64,000 bases of DNA from Callorhinchus milii (lineage: Eukaryota): assembly GCF_018977255.1 (NCBI RefSeq), contig NW_024704742.1:20772001-20836000 (forward strand). The letters are read 5' to 3'. Shown one piece after another: positions 50,845 through 63,237 of the stretch (its first letter is position 1; each line of letters starts with the position of its first letter). The notes beneath the pieces are model-generated. The model made no database searches, was not told the origin of the DNA, and worked only from the letters and a program-made list of their open reading frames with translations. A program made the translations under genes and the position numbers.

Positions 50845-50965
50845 GTTCCCAAGCCATAGTTCTTGTCCACCTGCTCCTCACGCTCTCCAGAATTAGACAA
50901 GCAGAGTGTGTCCCTCTGGAGAGAGAGAGCATAGATATGTGGAAGTGGAAGTCGGAATCTGGCAT
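50845..50965 (+). repeat. Family X fragment (C-B)
   Basis: ggttcccaagccatagttcttg...agaattagacaagcagagtgtgtccctctggagagagag resembles 7399-7485. Confidence 0.65.
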
Positions 50966-51413
50966 ACTTATGTGGAATCCTTCAATGATTCAACATTCAG
51001 ATTGATGAATATGGAACAACGGAAATATTTTACAGCCTTGTCAGGTTTTATCACATAGCAAAACAACAAAGTAATCATTATGAAGCAGCTCACTGTCATG
51101 ATGAAAAACTCCTCTCATTCGCTGGAATTTAAAGACCTGTCAATATCAAGAACAGTTCAGAGTAATGTTAACAGACAGTAAGAGTGACACCGAATGCAAA
51201 TCCACTTCGGAAGTAAGAGTGAGAAGTATCAAGGTTTGGCTACAAATGCACAAACACAGTAAAAATCCTGTGAAGTGCTTTGAGTCGTTTCGATGATGTT
51301 ATATCGGTGCTGTACTAAATGCAAGGATTATTGTTATATGGTTTACTCCTTTTTTTAAATCCCTAATAATTGATTTCTATTACATATATCTTTTGTCTCG
51401 CTAGTATACTTTT

Positions 51414-51770
51414 GTGGAGTCCTGTAACATATAGGTTAGAGTACTCACCTCGCAAAAGAGAGAACCCGGGTGCAATTCCTGGGCAGGGCGAAACCTTAGG
51501 CAAGTTTCTTTACTCCACACACCTTTGTTTACCAAGCATTAAGTAGGAACCTGGTTGTTAGTGGATTGGCAGATGGCTTTCTAGTGGTAAAAAAACCTTC
51601 AAAAAAATCTCAATCCACGATTGTTCGTGGAACACTTCTGTGAGCAATTAGCTACCCGTTTCGCCCACAAAATATACAGTCAATTCAGTTCACAGTATAT
51701 TCTGTGAAACACTTTGAGATGTCTCAACAATGTGATAATGCTCCATATCAAATGCAAGGATTATTATTAT
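51414..51770 (+). mobile_element. Full tRNA-CORE-like-Deu SINE
   Basis: gtggagtcctgta head through to aaggattattatt tail. Confidence 0.9.
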
Positions 51771-52344
51771 ATGTATTGCATTGGTATGCACATACACTTG
51801 CTTCAACTATAGTATTTGCCCTTTTAGATCCTGCTTCTTTCCCAGCACTTGAGTAACCCGCCTGGAGGAATGTACGCCATGTGCAGTAATTCAGATCTTC
51901 ATTGTGCCGGGGATTGGAGAGTAGCAATGACCTCAGCCGCTCTGTGCTATGTTTATGATGTTGTAAACTGTCTGCAGCTGCTGAAACTCTGTGCCCAATC
52001 TAGATTACTGGTGAAATGCTCGGAGCAATTTTCTGATGCGATTAAGAGCCGTAAAATTACAAATTATTTCCTTCTTAATTTAATCCAGTTGATCCCAATC
52101 CTTTAGTACTTAAGAAAACTCTCCTCCAGCTATCCCAGGAGCCTATTTGTGAATTTGAAACTGTTGGAAATGTCCTTGTAATACGCTGGAGAATGTTCCT
52201 GTTCTGTTCCCTATATTTTCTTTGTTCAATGTTTGATAAACTTAAGACATTCTCAGGATTTTCTTTGGACCCAGCAGCAGGACTACAATCTGAAAAACAG
52301 ACCTGAGGGGAGAAATTCCATCTGGGTCTACATTTCCTTTATTA

Positions 52345-52537
52345 ACATAGCGCACAGCAGTGTTTTACAAACAGTTGTGGTTTGATTGACCAAATTATTA
52401 TTGTTTTTTTCTTGAAGGATTATTATCAGGCATGTGGAGTAAGGATACTTGTTCAAGGTTTCACCCTGCCAGGAATTGAACCCAGGTCTCTTGCTTGCGA
52501 GGCAAGTGCTCTAACCACTGAGTTACAGGACTCCACA
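52345..52537 (-). mobile_element. SINE 5' part (short subfamily)
   Basis: Reverse complement gtggagtcctgtaactcagtggttagagc; same internal deletion as 35059. Confidence 0.85.
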
Positions 52538-52699
52538 ATTGACATGTCTTGCTGAGCGGGATTAGATGATCAGCTTGAACAAATAACAATCTCAGAAACC
52601 TAGAGTGTTCTGAACCTTTGGAACTTTAATAATATAAGAATAATCCTTGCATTTGATATAGCATCTTATCACATTGCATCTACATAGTGGTCTTCATGC

Positions 52700-52975
52700 A
52701 GGTAGCGTCTCGGAGCGCTTAACAATGGTGTGGTTAACTCCAAGCTAGAAAGGGAAGAGATGTGACTGAAGGCACTGTTGAAGAGGCAAGTCTTCAGCTG
52801 TAATTTGAAGATGGGCAAAGAGAGGCAAGATGGAGGGATTGAGGCAAAGAGTACCAGGGAATCATGGCATAGTGGCTGAAAGCCAAAGGTAGATAAGAGG
52901 GGACAAGGGATGTGCAGAAGAAGACCTGAGTCAACTGAGCAAAGGTGATGGGTATTGGAGTGAGGTGTGAGCAAT
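52700..52975 (-). mobile_element. Old L2 3' fragment
   Basis: Minus strand FKLQLKTCLFNSAFS; gttaagcgctccgagacg tail. Confidence 0.75.
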
Positions 52976-54214
52976 TGTAGTGCAATTGTTCTTTTTAAGG
53001 AAAAAACCAACAAAAGAATAAAAGACATGGGAAGCTCAGACATTTTACTGCATTACATACAGTGACTCCTCTGTCAAATGTAAAAGGAAGGGAGATAATA
53101 AATTGTGTTTAAAGTATATTTTGATTCAGAAAGATTAATTCAGCTTTCACTCATTTGAATTAGAATTTTGGGGATTTGCTTGCTATCAAAATTCATTGAA
53201 TACAATTCATTTTCCATCTGTTTCCCAGAGTTAGGAGGAAAATTTAGATCTAGAACAAAGGCCACTGCCTTTTCCCTTCCAAAAATTCAAATATGTACCT
53301 CAATAAAACCCGTACCTCTGAGGACACAAAAATCAGAACTGTAGACGTAGATGGTGTGCTTTATTTCTTTCATGTACGTTTCCTAACCAACCACGTGCGT
53401 TATTTATGAATGATTTGAAGCAGCCTTAAGACATCAATGGTTCATTGTCTGAAGGTCCAGTGGGGACCAGCAGAAATCGAGATAAAAGAAATGTATCAAA
53501 GGGACCTTGCAATAAAAGTGACACATTGGTTCTGTGATTCTGTTCTGTGACAGAGTCAATGTGGTCACCATAATAGCTATTCATTATAGAAGATCAGCTT
53601 CTTTGTTACATGGGTCCATATATCTTCATATTGCACCCTCTATGAAATATTCCTGCACGTTTCTGGAGAGTAATGCATTTAGAACACTGGGCATGATTTA
53701 TTGTTTTATCCATCAGTTTCATTCTCTGATTTATTTTTATTTAAAAGCAGTAAGATTAGGAGTTTGACAGCCTTCTGCTGTCTGAGCTGCTGTTTGCACC
53801 TGACGTCTTGGCACAAAACGATGTCCCACCTTATTTAAAATCTGCCTTCAATGTGATGCGGTTTATGTGGTTTCCTGAGGACTTATGTATGGTCAGCACT
53901 ATTTATCACATACGCTCTTACACTCTTGTGACTGTTCCTCAGACAACTCTGGATCAGGAGCCTTTAACACCCTATTACTCTGGGAAACAGGTGTAAAAGG
54001 AATCCCATCAACTTTGATGGCTGATGGATCATGCAAATTCAAATATGATTTTTTTCTGCTGCAAGATATATTTTAAGTAATATCTATGATCTCCTTTCTT
54101 TTTCTGTTTGACAAAGTGGCTGCATATAATGTAATAAAATTGCTGAGCTTCCAAAGTCACTTGCTGTTTTGTTGGTTTGTTTATTAAAATCAGTTGTTTT
54201 CCTTTAAAAAGATC

Positions 54215-54722
54215 CAGGTGTCTGACACACATGGGAACAACATCACCAATACTTAAATCAGACTGAGACTATGTGAAAGGTTCTACGCAAATGTAATTTG
54301 TTGTTGTTGAGGTTGTTGTTGAGTGCTCTACATATATATGAAATTTTCCAATATGTCAGGCACGGTTTACACACTCTCCCCCCAGAGAGATGCAGCCTGA
54401 TTACACAACATGTTTAAGTGCAGCTTGGCAAGTGGTAAGGCTTGGAGACTTCAGAGCATGGGGCTACTGCTGGAGCTTAACCAGCTAAAATCTCATAGCT
54501 TGCCATTCCAAACACTGCCAAGCTTCCTGCTGCACGTCCAACTAAGAAACTCTATTCGCTCAGATCTTGGTTTGAAGAGATAACAGGCACTGAGTGAGAG
54601 GAATCCCCCAGTACTCCACTGACTGGTAAATTCCTGCTAATAAGACAGCTTGATCGGCCTATCATCCACAGTGTTGACTGAGCTGTCCTAAGAAACCAAT
54701 TACTGAGACCACCACAAAGGCT
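54215..54722 (-). repeat. Family X copy (A'-B'-C'-D')
   Basis: ggtgtctgacac..., cacactctcccccagagagatgcagcctg, tggggctactgctggagcttaaccagctaaaatc. Confidence 0.7.
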
Positions 54723-54924
54723 CACCTCATATCCAATATTCCATTGCCAGGAATGCTACTTTGGAGCCAACTCAGCAACAAACAGATCCCGCTTTCTTCC
54801 CCGTTTAGGAGGATAGGCACTAGTTGGTCATGACTCTGAGATATCTGAGCTCTTGTTTGCACCTGGTATCTCGGAATGGAATGATTTTACAGAGGGTGCA
54901 CAGCCCAATTGTGAGCCAGTCTTG

Positions 54925-55130
54925 CTTCAAGGTCAGAAGGATGTGGGTTCACTCCACACTTTGGGACTTTAAGCTCAGTCTACCACTCCATTACATTCAT
55001 TAACTGAGGGGAGGGATAAAAAATTAAACTGAAGTCTCATCTATCTGTTCAGATGGATGTGAGTTTCCACGACACTATTCAATAAAAGAAAAATATTTCT
55101 CCTGATGTCCTGGCTGACAATTGTCCAGAT
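54925..55130 (+). mobile_element. Degenerate tRNA-Deu SINE
   Basis: gtcagaaggatgtgggttc, ctgttcagatggatgt, tctcctgatgtcctggc. Confidence 0.6.
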
Positions 55131-56249
55131 AATTTGATCACTAATTTTGTGGCAATGGCTGATTCTATCTACACGACAGTAATATGTCGTGCTCATCATT
55201 GTTAAACATCATTTTGTTAAATGTTCTTCAGATGGGAAGAGTTTTACATTTGAAACATTGAGATCTGAGTGCCACTTAGCAGAAGCAGAATAGCCTATTA
55301 ACATGCAGTACCAACCAGAAAATCAATTTTGAGTGTATCCTGTCATGCCTCTTCATAGCAGCATGAAATCTCAAAAGAAGTGGACAGGTCCAGTGTTCTG
55401 GGGTTACTGGTTATGATTTGCAAATATTCAGATGTTGAACTAGATTTGTGTTGATTCCAGGGTCATGCTAGCAGGAAATAATCATTATAAGTGGGATACA
55501 AAATGAAGTTTAATACTACATTATATGCAGCACTTTGCCAAGAAAGCCTTGACAATGCATCAAACAGTAATAACAACCAATCTTGTCTTCATTGATGGAG
55601 AAATCAATGCATTCTCACTTATTTTGATTATGCACTGCAAGCCTGAACATCCGTTACTGCCATTTAAAAAGACTGCAATTTTAAAAAAATGCAATCTGTC
55701 TGTTAAAAAAAGATAGTTTTTGTAGCTCAAGCAAAGGATCACTTATATAGCATCTTGAAAGGAATACTTTATCTCAAATTTCATAATTGGTACCAACACT
55801 TTTTTTTCTTAAATTCTTGTTCTTCCCGAACCTGTTTACAGTTTTCGCATAGCACGGTCTCTGTAACCCAGAAGGCAGAGCAACGACCAGCTCTTGCACC
55901 CTGCTATACAACCAACAACTTGGGAGATCTGACAAGTTAAACAAACAAAAAAAGAAATAAAAAAAAGTATTTTCTTTCTCTCTCTATCTCCGTGGGGAAA
56001 ATCAGCTTTCTGCCCAGCACCTTCATACAATGGTGAGATTGTATCTCCTTGTGCTGGGCCCTGAGGAGAGGTGAAGAATCGTGTGAGATGTCACTGTCCC
56101 ATTCCCACCTGATCGGTGTTCATAGAAATGGTTTAAAAACTATCCCTCCACAAGCATGGTCATTTTAAAATAAAATAATTTGTTAAATAACGTGAACAAA
56201 TGAAAGCAGCCGGGTTGATGGATTACAGCATTAAAGCAGGGTTTTGTTT

Positions 56250-57545
56250 GCTTGGAAGCACTTTTTTGTGAAGACTGTTTCTTCTCTTATTTTAAAATTC
56301 TCAGCTTGGCTTTGATAAAGTCATCTCAGAATTCCCCTGATCCCAGGGTGAAGTTATTTAATTATTTCACGGGAAGTGGAAGTGGACGGGTATTTAAGGA
56401 GGATGGGTTTGCAGGGTTATGGGGAAAGAGTTGGGGAGTGGGATTGACCTTACATTGCTCTTCTCAAAGAGCCGGCACAGACTCAATGGGCCGAATGGCC
56501 TCTTTTTGTGCTGTACGATTCTGTGATTCTATGAAGCAATTTGTATGACTTTCTCCTATCACAGAACTGTTCTGAAAGGATTTAGTTGTGTGTTTTTTTA
56601 TCACAATATCACAGTTGAGTTTGAAAACTTATTTATATGGGAGTTCTATCCAGCCACGGCCATGTACGGGAGATAAAGGGTCGATGGACCAGATTGACAT
56701 GGCATAACTCTTAATGTTTTCCCTGTCCTTCGATCAAAGTTGTTTGTAACAATATTGGACTTCTTATGCTACTTGCATTCATTAGATTGGCTGTTGTTCA
56801 CATATTGATAGATGCATAGCAAGCTGTTCATTACGCTGTGGTACAGATGAATGAATACAAACAAATACAAATTACAGTTACATTGCGCCCTTCACATCGG
56901 GAGGACGTCCCCAGGCGCTTGGCAATCCTGGCATGGTGTCGTAGCTGGGGTGGGAGCAGAGGGGATACGGAGGGGAAAGATGACTGAAGACACAGGCAGA
57001 AAGAGGTAGGTCTTGAGACACCAAATGAAACGAGGGAGGCAGCGAGTCAGACAGCTCTGGGATGGACATCCAGAGAGTGGGGCAGATAAGCTGAAAGCCC
57101 AATTGCCGATGGTGCGGCAGAGAGGACAAAGGACATGAAGCAAGCTGGCAGCCACTGAGTAAAGGGAGCAGTGCAGATTGAAGGGATCCTTAGCCATCAG
57201 GTATTGCAGTGTTAAGAAATACATCCTCTTCTGGAGGACAATGGGAATCACTTGAGATTAGCAAAGGTTTTAGTATGTACAATGATGATTTATAAGAACT
57301 CTATTTAATAAGTTGAAATGCTTTAGAGCATATACTGTATTGTTAAGCGTGGTGACGATATATTTTGCAGGTCAACTTTGTGAAGTTCTTTGTGAAGACT
57401 TCTTTCTCCCTTCTCCCCGCATTAAGATTCTCAGCTTGACCTTGAAAGATCTACCTCAGCAATCTTCTGATCCTAGGTTGAAGTCATTTCACAAGACATG
57501 ATTGATTTGATTTCCTTATTATATATAAAACCCTTTGTACTCTGT
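56250..57545 (+). repeat. Local diverged direct duplication (~56250-56560, interrupted by a CR1 tail at 56372-56533; ~57375-57545)
   Basis: tttgtgaagact, attctcagcttg, ctgatcc.agg.tgaagt and atttcac are shared in order. Confidence 0.7.
56865..57215 (-). mobile_element. Old L2 3' fragment
   Basis: cacatcgggaggacgtccc stem-loop; minus strand CLKTYLF. Confidence 0.75.
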
Positions 57546-57879
57546 CATAGTAAGAAAACCTTGATGTTCCCTGTTAGTTCAGGAATAACGGATTTGCCCT
57601 CCTGTTTGCCCTCCGCATGTAGTGATTGAGGATTTGAACCATTGTCCAGACGTACTTTGCAGTCACTGCTTATATTTTGAGGGGGTATGGAGAAAATGGC
57701 AGATAAGTGGGAATGAATGAATCGCTTTCAAGGAGCTAGCACAGACACGATGGACTGAATGGTCTTTGGCTGTGCGTAAATTTGTCTGGGTCTGTGGGCA
57801 CAAACAGGTTTGGTCGAACAAGTTATTGAATACTTTGGGACAGTATTCCAAATTCTTTGATCAAGCATGATTCCCATGT

Positions 57880-58770
57880 CATAGAATCATAGAATTATAC
57901 AGCTCAGAAAGAGGCCATTCGGTCCATCATGTCTGTGCCAGCGCTTTGAAAATAGCTATCCAATTCAATCCCACTCCCCTGCTCTCTCCATGTAGTCCTG
58001 CAAACTTGTCCTCTCCAAATAATTATTTGCTTCTCTCTTAGAAGGAATTATTGAATCAGCTTCCACCACCCTTTCAGGCAATGCATTCCAGATCCGAGCA
58101 ACAACACAACCAACAACAAAATTAAATTTGTAAAGGCCCTTTCACATCGGGAGGACGTCCCAAGGCACTAGACGGACAGAGTTACGGACCCGATCTGGGG
58201 GTCGTGGTGGGGGAGGGTGGAGGGCAGGTGGGAAGCAGAGAGATCAAAAGCACAATCGAAGAGGAGGGTCTTGAGATGGGTCTTGAAAGTGGGGAGGGAG
58301 GGGGCGAGGCAGAGGGACTGCAGGATGGAGTTCCAGAGGGTGTGGACAGAGTGGCAGAAGGCCCACCCGACGATAGTGGGGCGAGCAAGATGGGGGACAT
58401 GAAGCAGGCCGGAGCCCGCTGTGTGAAAAAAATTCTCCTCACATCCCCTCTGTTTCTTTTATCAACTATTTTAAATCAGTGTCTTTGGGATACTGACCCA
58501 CACTCCAGTGGAAAGATTGTCTCCTTGTTCACCTATCAAATTCCTTCATAATTTTGAAAACTTCTATTAAGTCTCCTTTTAACCTTCTCTGTTCCAAGGA
58601 GAATAATCCCGGCTTCTCCAGCCTCTCCTGATAACCGAAGTCCCTCATTCCTGGTACCATCCTGGTAAATCTCCTTTGCATCCTTTCCAATGCCTTGACA
58701 TCCTTCCTAAAGTGTGGTGCCCAGAACTGAACACAATACTCTAGCTGAGGTCTAACCAGTGTTTTATAAA
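57880..58770 (-). mobile_element. CR1 3' fragment split by an L2 (58098-58418)
   Basis: YKTLVRPQLEYCVQFWAPHFRKDV...RLKGDLIEVFKIM; (ATTCTATG)n tail at 57880-57895. Confidence 0.9.
58098..58418 (-). mobile_element. L2 (family B) 3' fragment
   Basis: (CAA)n tail and family B 3' UTR. Confidence 0.88.
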
Positions 58771-58782
58771 CTCCATGCTTCA

Positions 58783-59155
58783 CAACATGTGTTTGACAAC
58801 TCCATGCTCCACCGGGCAAATCAAACTAAAGTCCCAAAATGTAATAATACTATACATATACACATACAAGTCCCCAAGCCTTGATTCTTGACAACCTGGT
58901 CTAACAGACTCCAGTGTTAGGTAAGCATGGTCCATCCCTCTAGAGAGAGAGTGTACATTTCCAACACAGGGTGTCTATGTGTGGAGGGCAAACAGGTCAA
59001 ACTGTCATTGTTGAACTAACAGGAAATATCAAGGCTGATCAGTTACAGAAAAATTTCACAAAATCGTTCTTAATGTGACAGAGTACAAAGAGTTCCATTT
59101 CAGACATGGTGATGTGTTTCCCCATGTGTCAAACACCCGACTGAGCAAAACAAAT
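58783..59155 (+). repeat. Family X copy (A'-C-B...A)
   Basis: ccccaagccttgattcttg, atccctctagagagagagtgtacatt, atggtgatgtg...tgtgtcaaacaccc. Confidence 0.6.
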
Positions 59156-59451
59156 CGAAGTCAGGTTGTAGCCCTGTACAGATCACTTGATATAGCTCCA
59201 TAGGGTTTACTGTAAAGTGGTGCAGGTACTGTGTGTATTTTGTAGACAAAGTTATGAGGGAAGACTCATTATGGTAAATTTATTTTCAAATCAGGAAAGA
59301 TTGTGAGGCGATGCATTTTAAGATACTGAAAGGAATAATACATATGCATTAGAGGTTATTTAAATGAAGACAAAGTGCAGAACTCGGAGCCTCAAAGAAC
59401 TCAACTAAGAAATATTTCTTCCGCTGGAGTAGTGGATAACTGGAAGATTTT

Positions 59452-59625
59452 ATAATAATAATAATAATCCTTGCATTTGATATATTGCCTCATCACATCT
59501 TCTAGACGTCTCAAACACTTTACAGGATATAACGTAAAGTGAATTGACTGCATATTTATGGACCAAACACGGCAGCCAACTGTGCATAGCAGTGCCCCAC
59601 AAACAATCATGGATTGAAGTGACTT
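59452..59625 (-). mobile_element. SINE 3' half
   Basis: (AAT)n tail plus Deu 3' block. Confidence 0.85.
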
Positions 59626-60336
59626 TTTTTTAGTTTAGTTAGGACACATAGTTCTCCAAGGGTGTGGACTATAGCTTTTAATCTGTTTCTTGACAAACTC
59701 CACTGTTTGAATTTAAAAATGCTCGTTCGGAAATACCTGTCCCTCAGTAAGTAAGAAACAGAAGTCTAAATTTCTTTGCACTGCTCGAATAATTAGTTTC
59801 TAAGCTTGTAACATGACATTTTTTAATATCAATATTAGATTCTTATTTTAAATGTCTCTCTCTCTGGATAGTGCTAATATGATTCAGAATAACAATTAGT
59901 AGCCTGAACCAAATAGATAGATCCAGTGTCTGCTTGAAAGCGCAGTGATGGCTTACAACAACAGACATTGGTGGCAGCTGCAAATGGAGTTGAAACGAAA
60001 CCTTTCGTTGTTCCCCCTGCCTGACCCCTTAATGATATCAGGGAAAATCCCACTACTCCCATCACTGCATCACTCCACCTTTAAAAATAGAACTAGAATG
60101 TCTCTTTAGGAATGAAATTGATTAATGGAGGATTAAATAACTGGGGAACCTAAGAATTCCTGAGCTGCTTGGATCAGGAAATATATTAGGTCAAATTAGA
60201 CAACCAGTCAAGGGCGTACCTTGTTTTTTGTAAGAATAGATAGATATTTTGGAATATTGGGGGTGAGGAAGGGAATGTTTCCACAAACTCTTGTTCGAGA
60301 GATTCAATGGCAAGGCAGAATCAGTAGCAAAAAATA

Positions 60337-60548
60337 GTAATAATCCTTGGATTTGATATATCGCCTTATCACATCTTCGAGACATCTCAAAGTGCTTCAC
60401 AGAATATACTGTAAAGTGAATTGATTGTATATTTTGTGAGCGAAACACGGCAGCCAATTGCATGCAGCAGTGTCCAACAAACAGTCATGGGTTGAGGGAC
60501 CAAATTATTACTATTATTATTTTTTAAGGAATTATTACCCTAGAAAAG
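60337..60548 (-). mobile_element. SINE 3' half
   Basis: Tail, acatcttcgagacat stem-loop, Deu 3' block. Confidence 0.85.
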
Positions 60549-60994
60549 GATATGGTCTGAGGAAGAAATGTTCTTTTATTGTTTCAGACTTTCTTGTGTT
60601 CACAAGATCACAAGATTGGTTCAGATGAAGAAGGCCCTTTGGCCCTTCAGATCTCATCATTTCAGAACACCTCCCATCCTCCAATCACTGCATAAAGCTG
60701 CTTTTTAAATGAGTCCTGGCCTCTTCCTGGCAACCTGTTACAGTTGTTTAATTACCCGCTGGATAAATTCTTCTGACAATTTTTTGCAGCAGTTGGCTTC
60801 AGGACAAATTCCTAAATTAAATTGCGTCACTTTGGTGAGATACTGAATGGAAGACAATGGGTTTCCCACAGAGATAGGACTTATCTTGAGCTGCTTTTGT
60901 GTACTGCCTACTGGTGAACCTTAGAATGGGATTAATGGAGGCTCAGTAACCAGATCATGCACTTACAGTCTCAACTGGGAAAGATGTGCAGTAT

Positions 60995-61006
60995 AATAAT
61001 AATAAT

Positions 61007-61039
<33 letters not shown>

Positions 61040-61391
61040 CCTTGCATTAGATATAACGCCTTATCATATCTTGGAGACGTCTCAAAGTGTTTCACAGAAT
61101 ATACTGTAAGTGAATTTACTGTAAATTTTATGGACGACACGCAGCAGCCAATTGCAGACAGCAGTGTCCCACAAACAGTTATGAATTGAGTGACCAATTT
61201 TTTCTGAAGGAATTATTACCCCCGAAAAAACAATCTGCCAATCGATTAACGAACGGGTTCCTACTTACTGCTATGTAAACAGAGGATTGTGGAGTAAAGA
61301 AACTTGCCCAACATTTGGCCCTGCTGGGAATCAAACTCAGGTCTCTCGCTTGCGAGGTGAGTGCTCTAACCACTGAGCTACAGGATTCCAC
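60995..61391 (-). mobile_element. Full tRNA-CORE-like-Deu SINE with long (TTA)n tail, TSD cagtat
   Basis: Complete head to tail; cagtat at 60989-60994 and 61391-61396. Confidence 0.92.
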
Positions 61392-61550
61392 AGTATGGAC
61401 AGTATCAAAGAGTGAAAGGAATAAATGAATCCCACAAAATCCACATTCTATGAAAATATGCAGCTTTTACAAAGGTCTGTATAATGAACTGTGTTTATTT
61501 TATTTGTAAGATAATATTTCTTATTCTTAATAATAAGATAATATTTGGGT

Positions 61551-61663
61551 TCTGACGAAAGGTGCATCGACCTGAAACATTAACTAATTTTCCTCTCTTC
61601 ATAGATGCTGCCTCAGCCGCTGCTTGTTCCCAGCGTCTTCTGTTTTAATTATATATTATTATT
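61551..61663 (+). mobile_element. Penelope-like fragment carrying a minimal hammerhead ribozyme motif
   Basis: CTGACGA-a-aggt(gcatcg)acct-GAAA-cat-t; flanked by taatatttgggt at 61539-61550 and 61664-61675. Confidence 0.65.
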
Positions 61664-62104
61664 TAATATTTGGGTCGTTACATGTGCTGGTTTCTTGGTA
61701 TTCTGCTGCTTAGTTAAGGAAGTTTAACTAAACTATTCCTCAATGAGATGATCTATGTAAATAAGAACTACTTATCTCAACTGATTCCTCTGCAATATCC
61801 TTGGAAGACCTTATTAGACAGGATGGCCCTGTTGTGTCAGGAAGGACTGCAAGATGAGGCAAGATCTAGAAGAAACAATTATTATTAATATTTATAGCTC
61901 ACGGCTTATCTCCCATTTTAAGTCTCCTTCAAAACCTTTTTCTTCTTGTTTCAAATAAAGATAACAATTGGTAAAACTAAAGAAACTCAAACTCCCTTAG
62001 TTTATCAGGCACTGCAAGGCATAAAATCTATGTGAACATCGTGAGCTGCAACTTGATAGAAACCAAATGGCTTTGTTTTTCCTAGTTTCTTAAGTGAGTT
62101 TAGA

Positions 62105-62378
62105 TCAGGGCATCACCATTCAGCTCATTCCTCCAATGCACATACCAGCGCATGTTCCAGCACAAACCTCAGAATACAGATCAGGAGCGGGAACCCTGGT
62201 TAATTGTGCCCTCCTCACCCAGGGGTGCTTAAGGTCAATTTTAACACAGTAAATGTTGTCCAACTGAGATCAGCTCACTCAGGAGGGATTTGGGATTCAA
62301 ATCTGCAATTTTCTGGTCTAAACAGCCCAGTCTTACACTAGGATATTTCTTAGCCAACAGGGCCATCGGGGAGCTAAG
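62105..62378 (-). mobile_element. Old SINE-like element of a third family
   Basis: Minus strand begins gctccccgatggccctgttgg (A-box-like) with gatttgaatccc (B-box-like); body unrelated to the other two SINE families. Confidence 0.45.
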
Positions 62379-62977
62379 CAGAAAATATATTTAAGTGAGT
62401 GCAATGATATGAAATGATGGGTTCTTCAGATTGCTGCCGAAACAAAGGACTGTCAAATGCACACTACGTGCTCAACAGGCCTGGAGGTTTCAAGAAAATC
62501 AAGGTACTATTGATGCAGGCAGAGCAACTCTGACAGAGTGAATGATATGCCTTTGATAGATGCAACTCACTCGGAGCACCAGTTTCCTTGAAACAAGGAA
62601 ATAAACTCCTTTTTAACAGAAAACAATTCTGTTAAACTCCAGGAAGAATATCACGTGTGAGTCCATGTAAACAGAATAAATTAAGGTTAACTTGCTGCGT
62701 AAAAGCATTTAAACACAATTGGGACTTTAAAATGATCGATGAGAAATAGGACAAGGGAACATCTTGAAGTGCAATAGGTTGATCAGGGCCAGACAGCACA
62801 GAGTTAGGATTGGGAGATTGTGCTCAATAAATGTATTGGATTTCTTTGATGAAGTTACAGACCTACTATACAGGGATGCAACAATGGATACAATGCAGCA
62901 AATTCATTCAAAAATATATTATTTTTATTTGTGATACTCCATTTAATAGAGGACTCGTAGAGAATTGTACCACATCA

Positions 62978-63237
62978 CAAGGCAAGTTTCCTTGCTCCAC
63001 ACGCCTCTGTTTGTCCTGCAAAGCAGGAACCTGGTTATTAGTTGATTGGCGAATTTCTTTCTGGGGGTAATAATAATTATAATCATTCGGTCATTCAATC
63101 CACGAATGTTTGTGTCTCATTTCACCCACAAAATATACAGTCAATTCACTTTACGGTATATTCTGTGAAGCACCTTGAGACGCCTCAATTACGTGGTAAG
63201 GCGTTATATTAAATGCAAGGATCATTATTATTATTAA
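62978..63237 (+). mobile_element. CORE-like-Deu SINE (head missing)
   Basis: ggcaagtttccttgctccacacgcctctgttt through to aaggatcattattatt. Confidence 0.85.

Noticed and set aside
59957..60078. Possible minus-strand coding exon (aag acceptor, gtaagc donor, one open frame)
   Set aside because: Weak acceptor, unrecognisable peptide and no partner exons found
60986..61197. Poly-Asn / poly-Leu ORFs
   Set aside because: Translations of the (AAT)n SINE tail
20899..63237. Recurring ~30-bp motif (tatcaaatgcaaggattatt) as a CRISPR-like array
   Set aside because: Dispersed, on both strands and irregularly spaced; these are SINE 3' tails, and there are no cas genes
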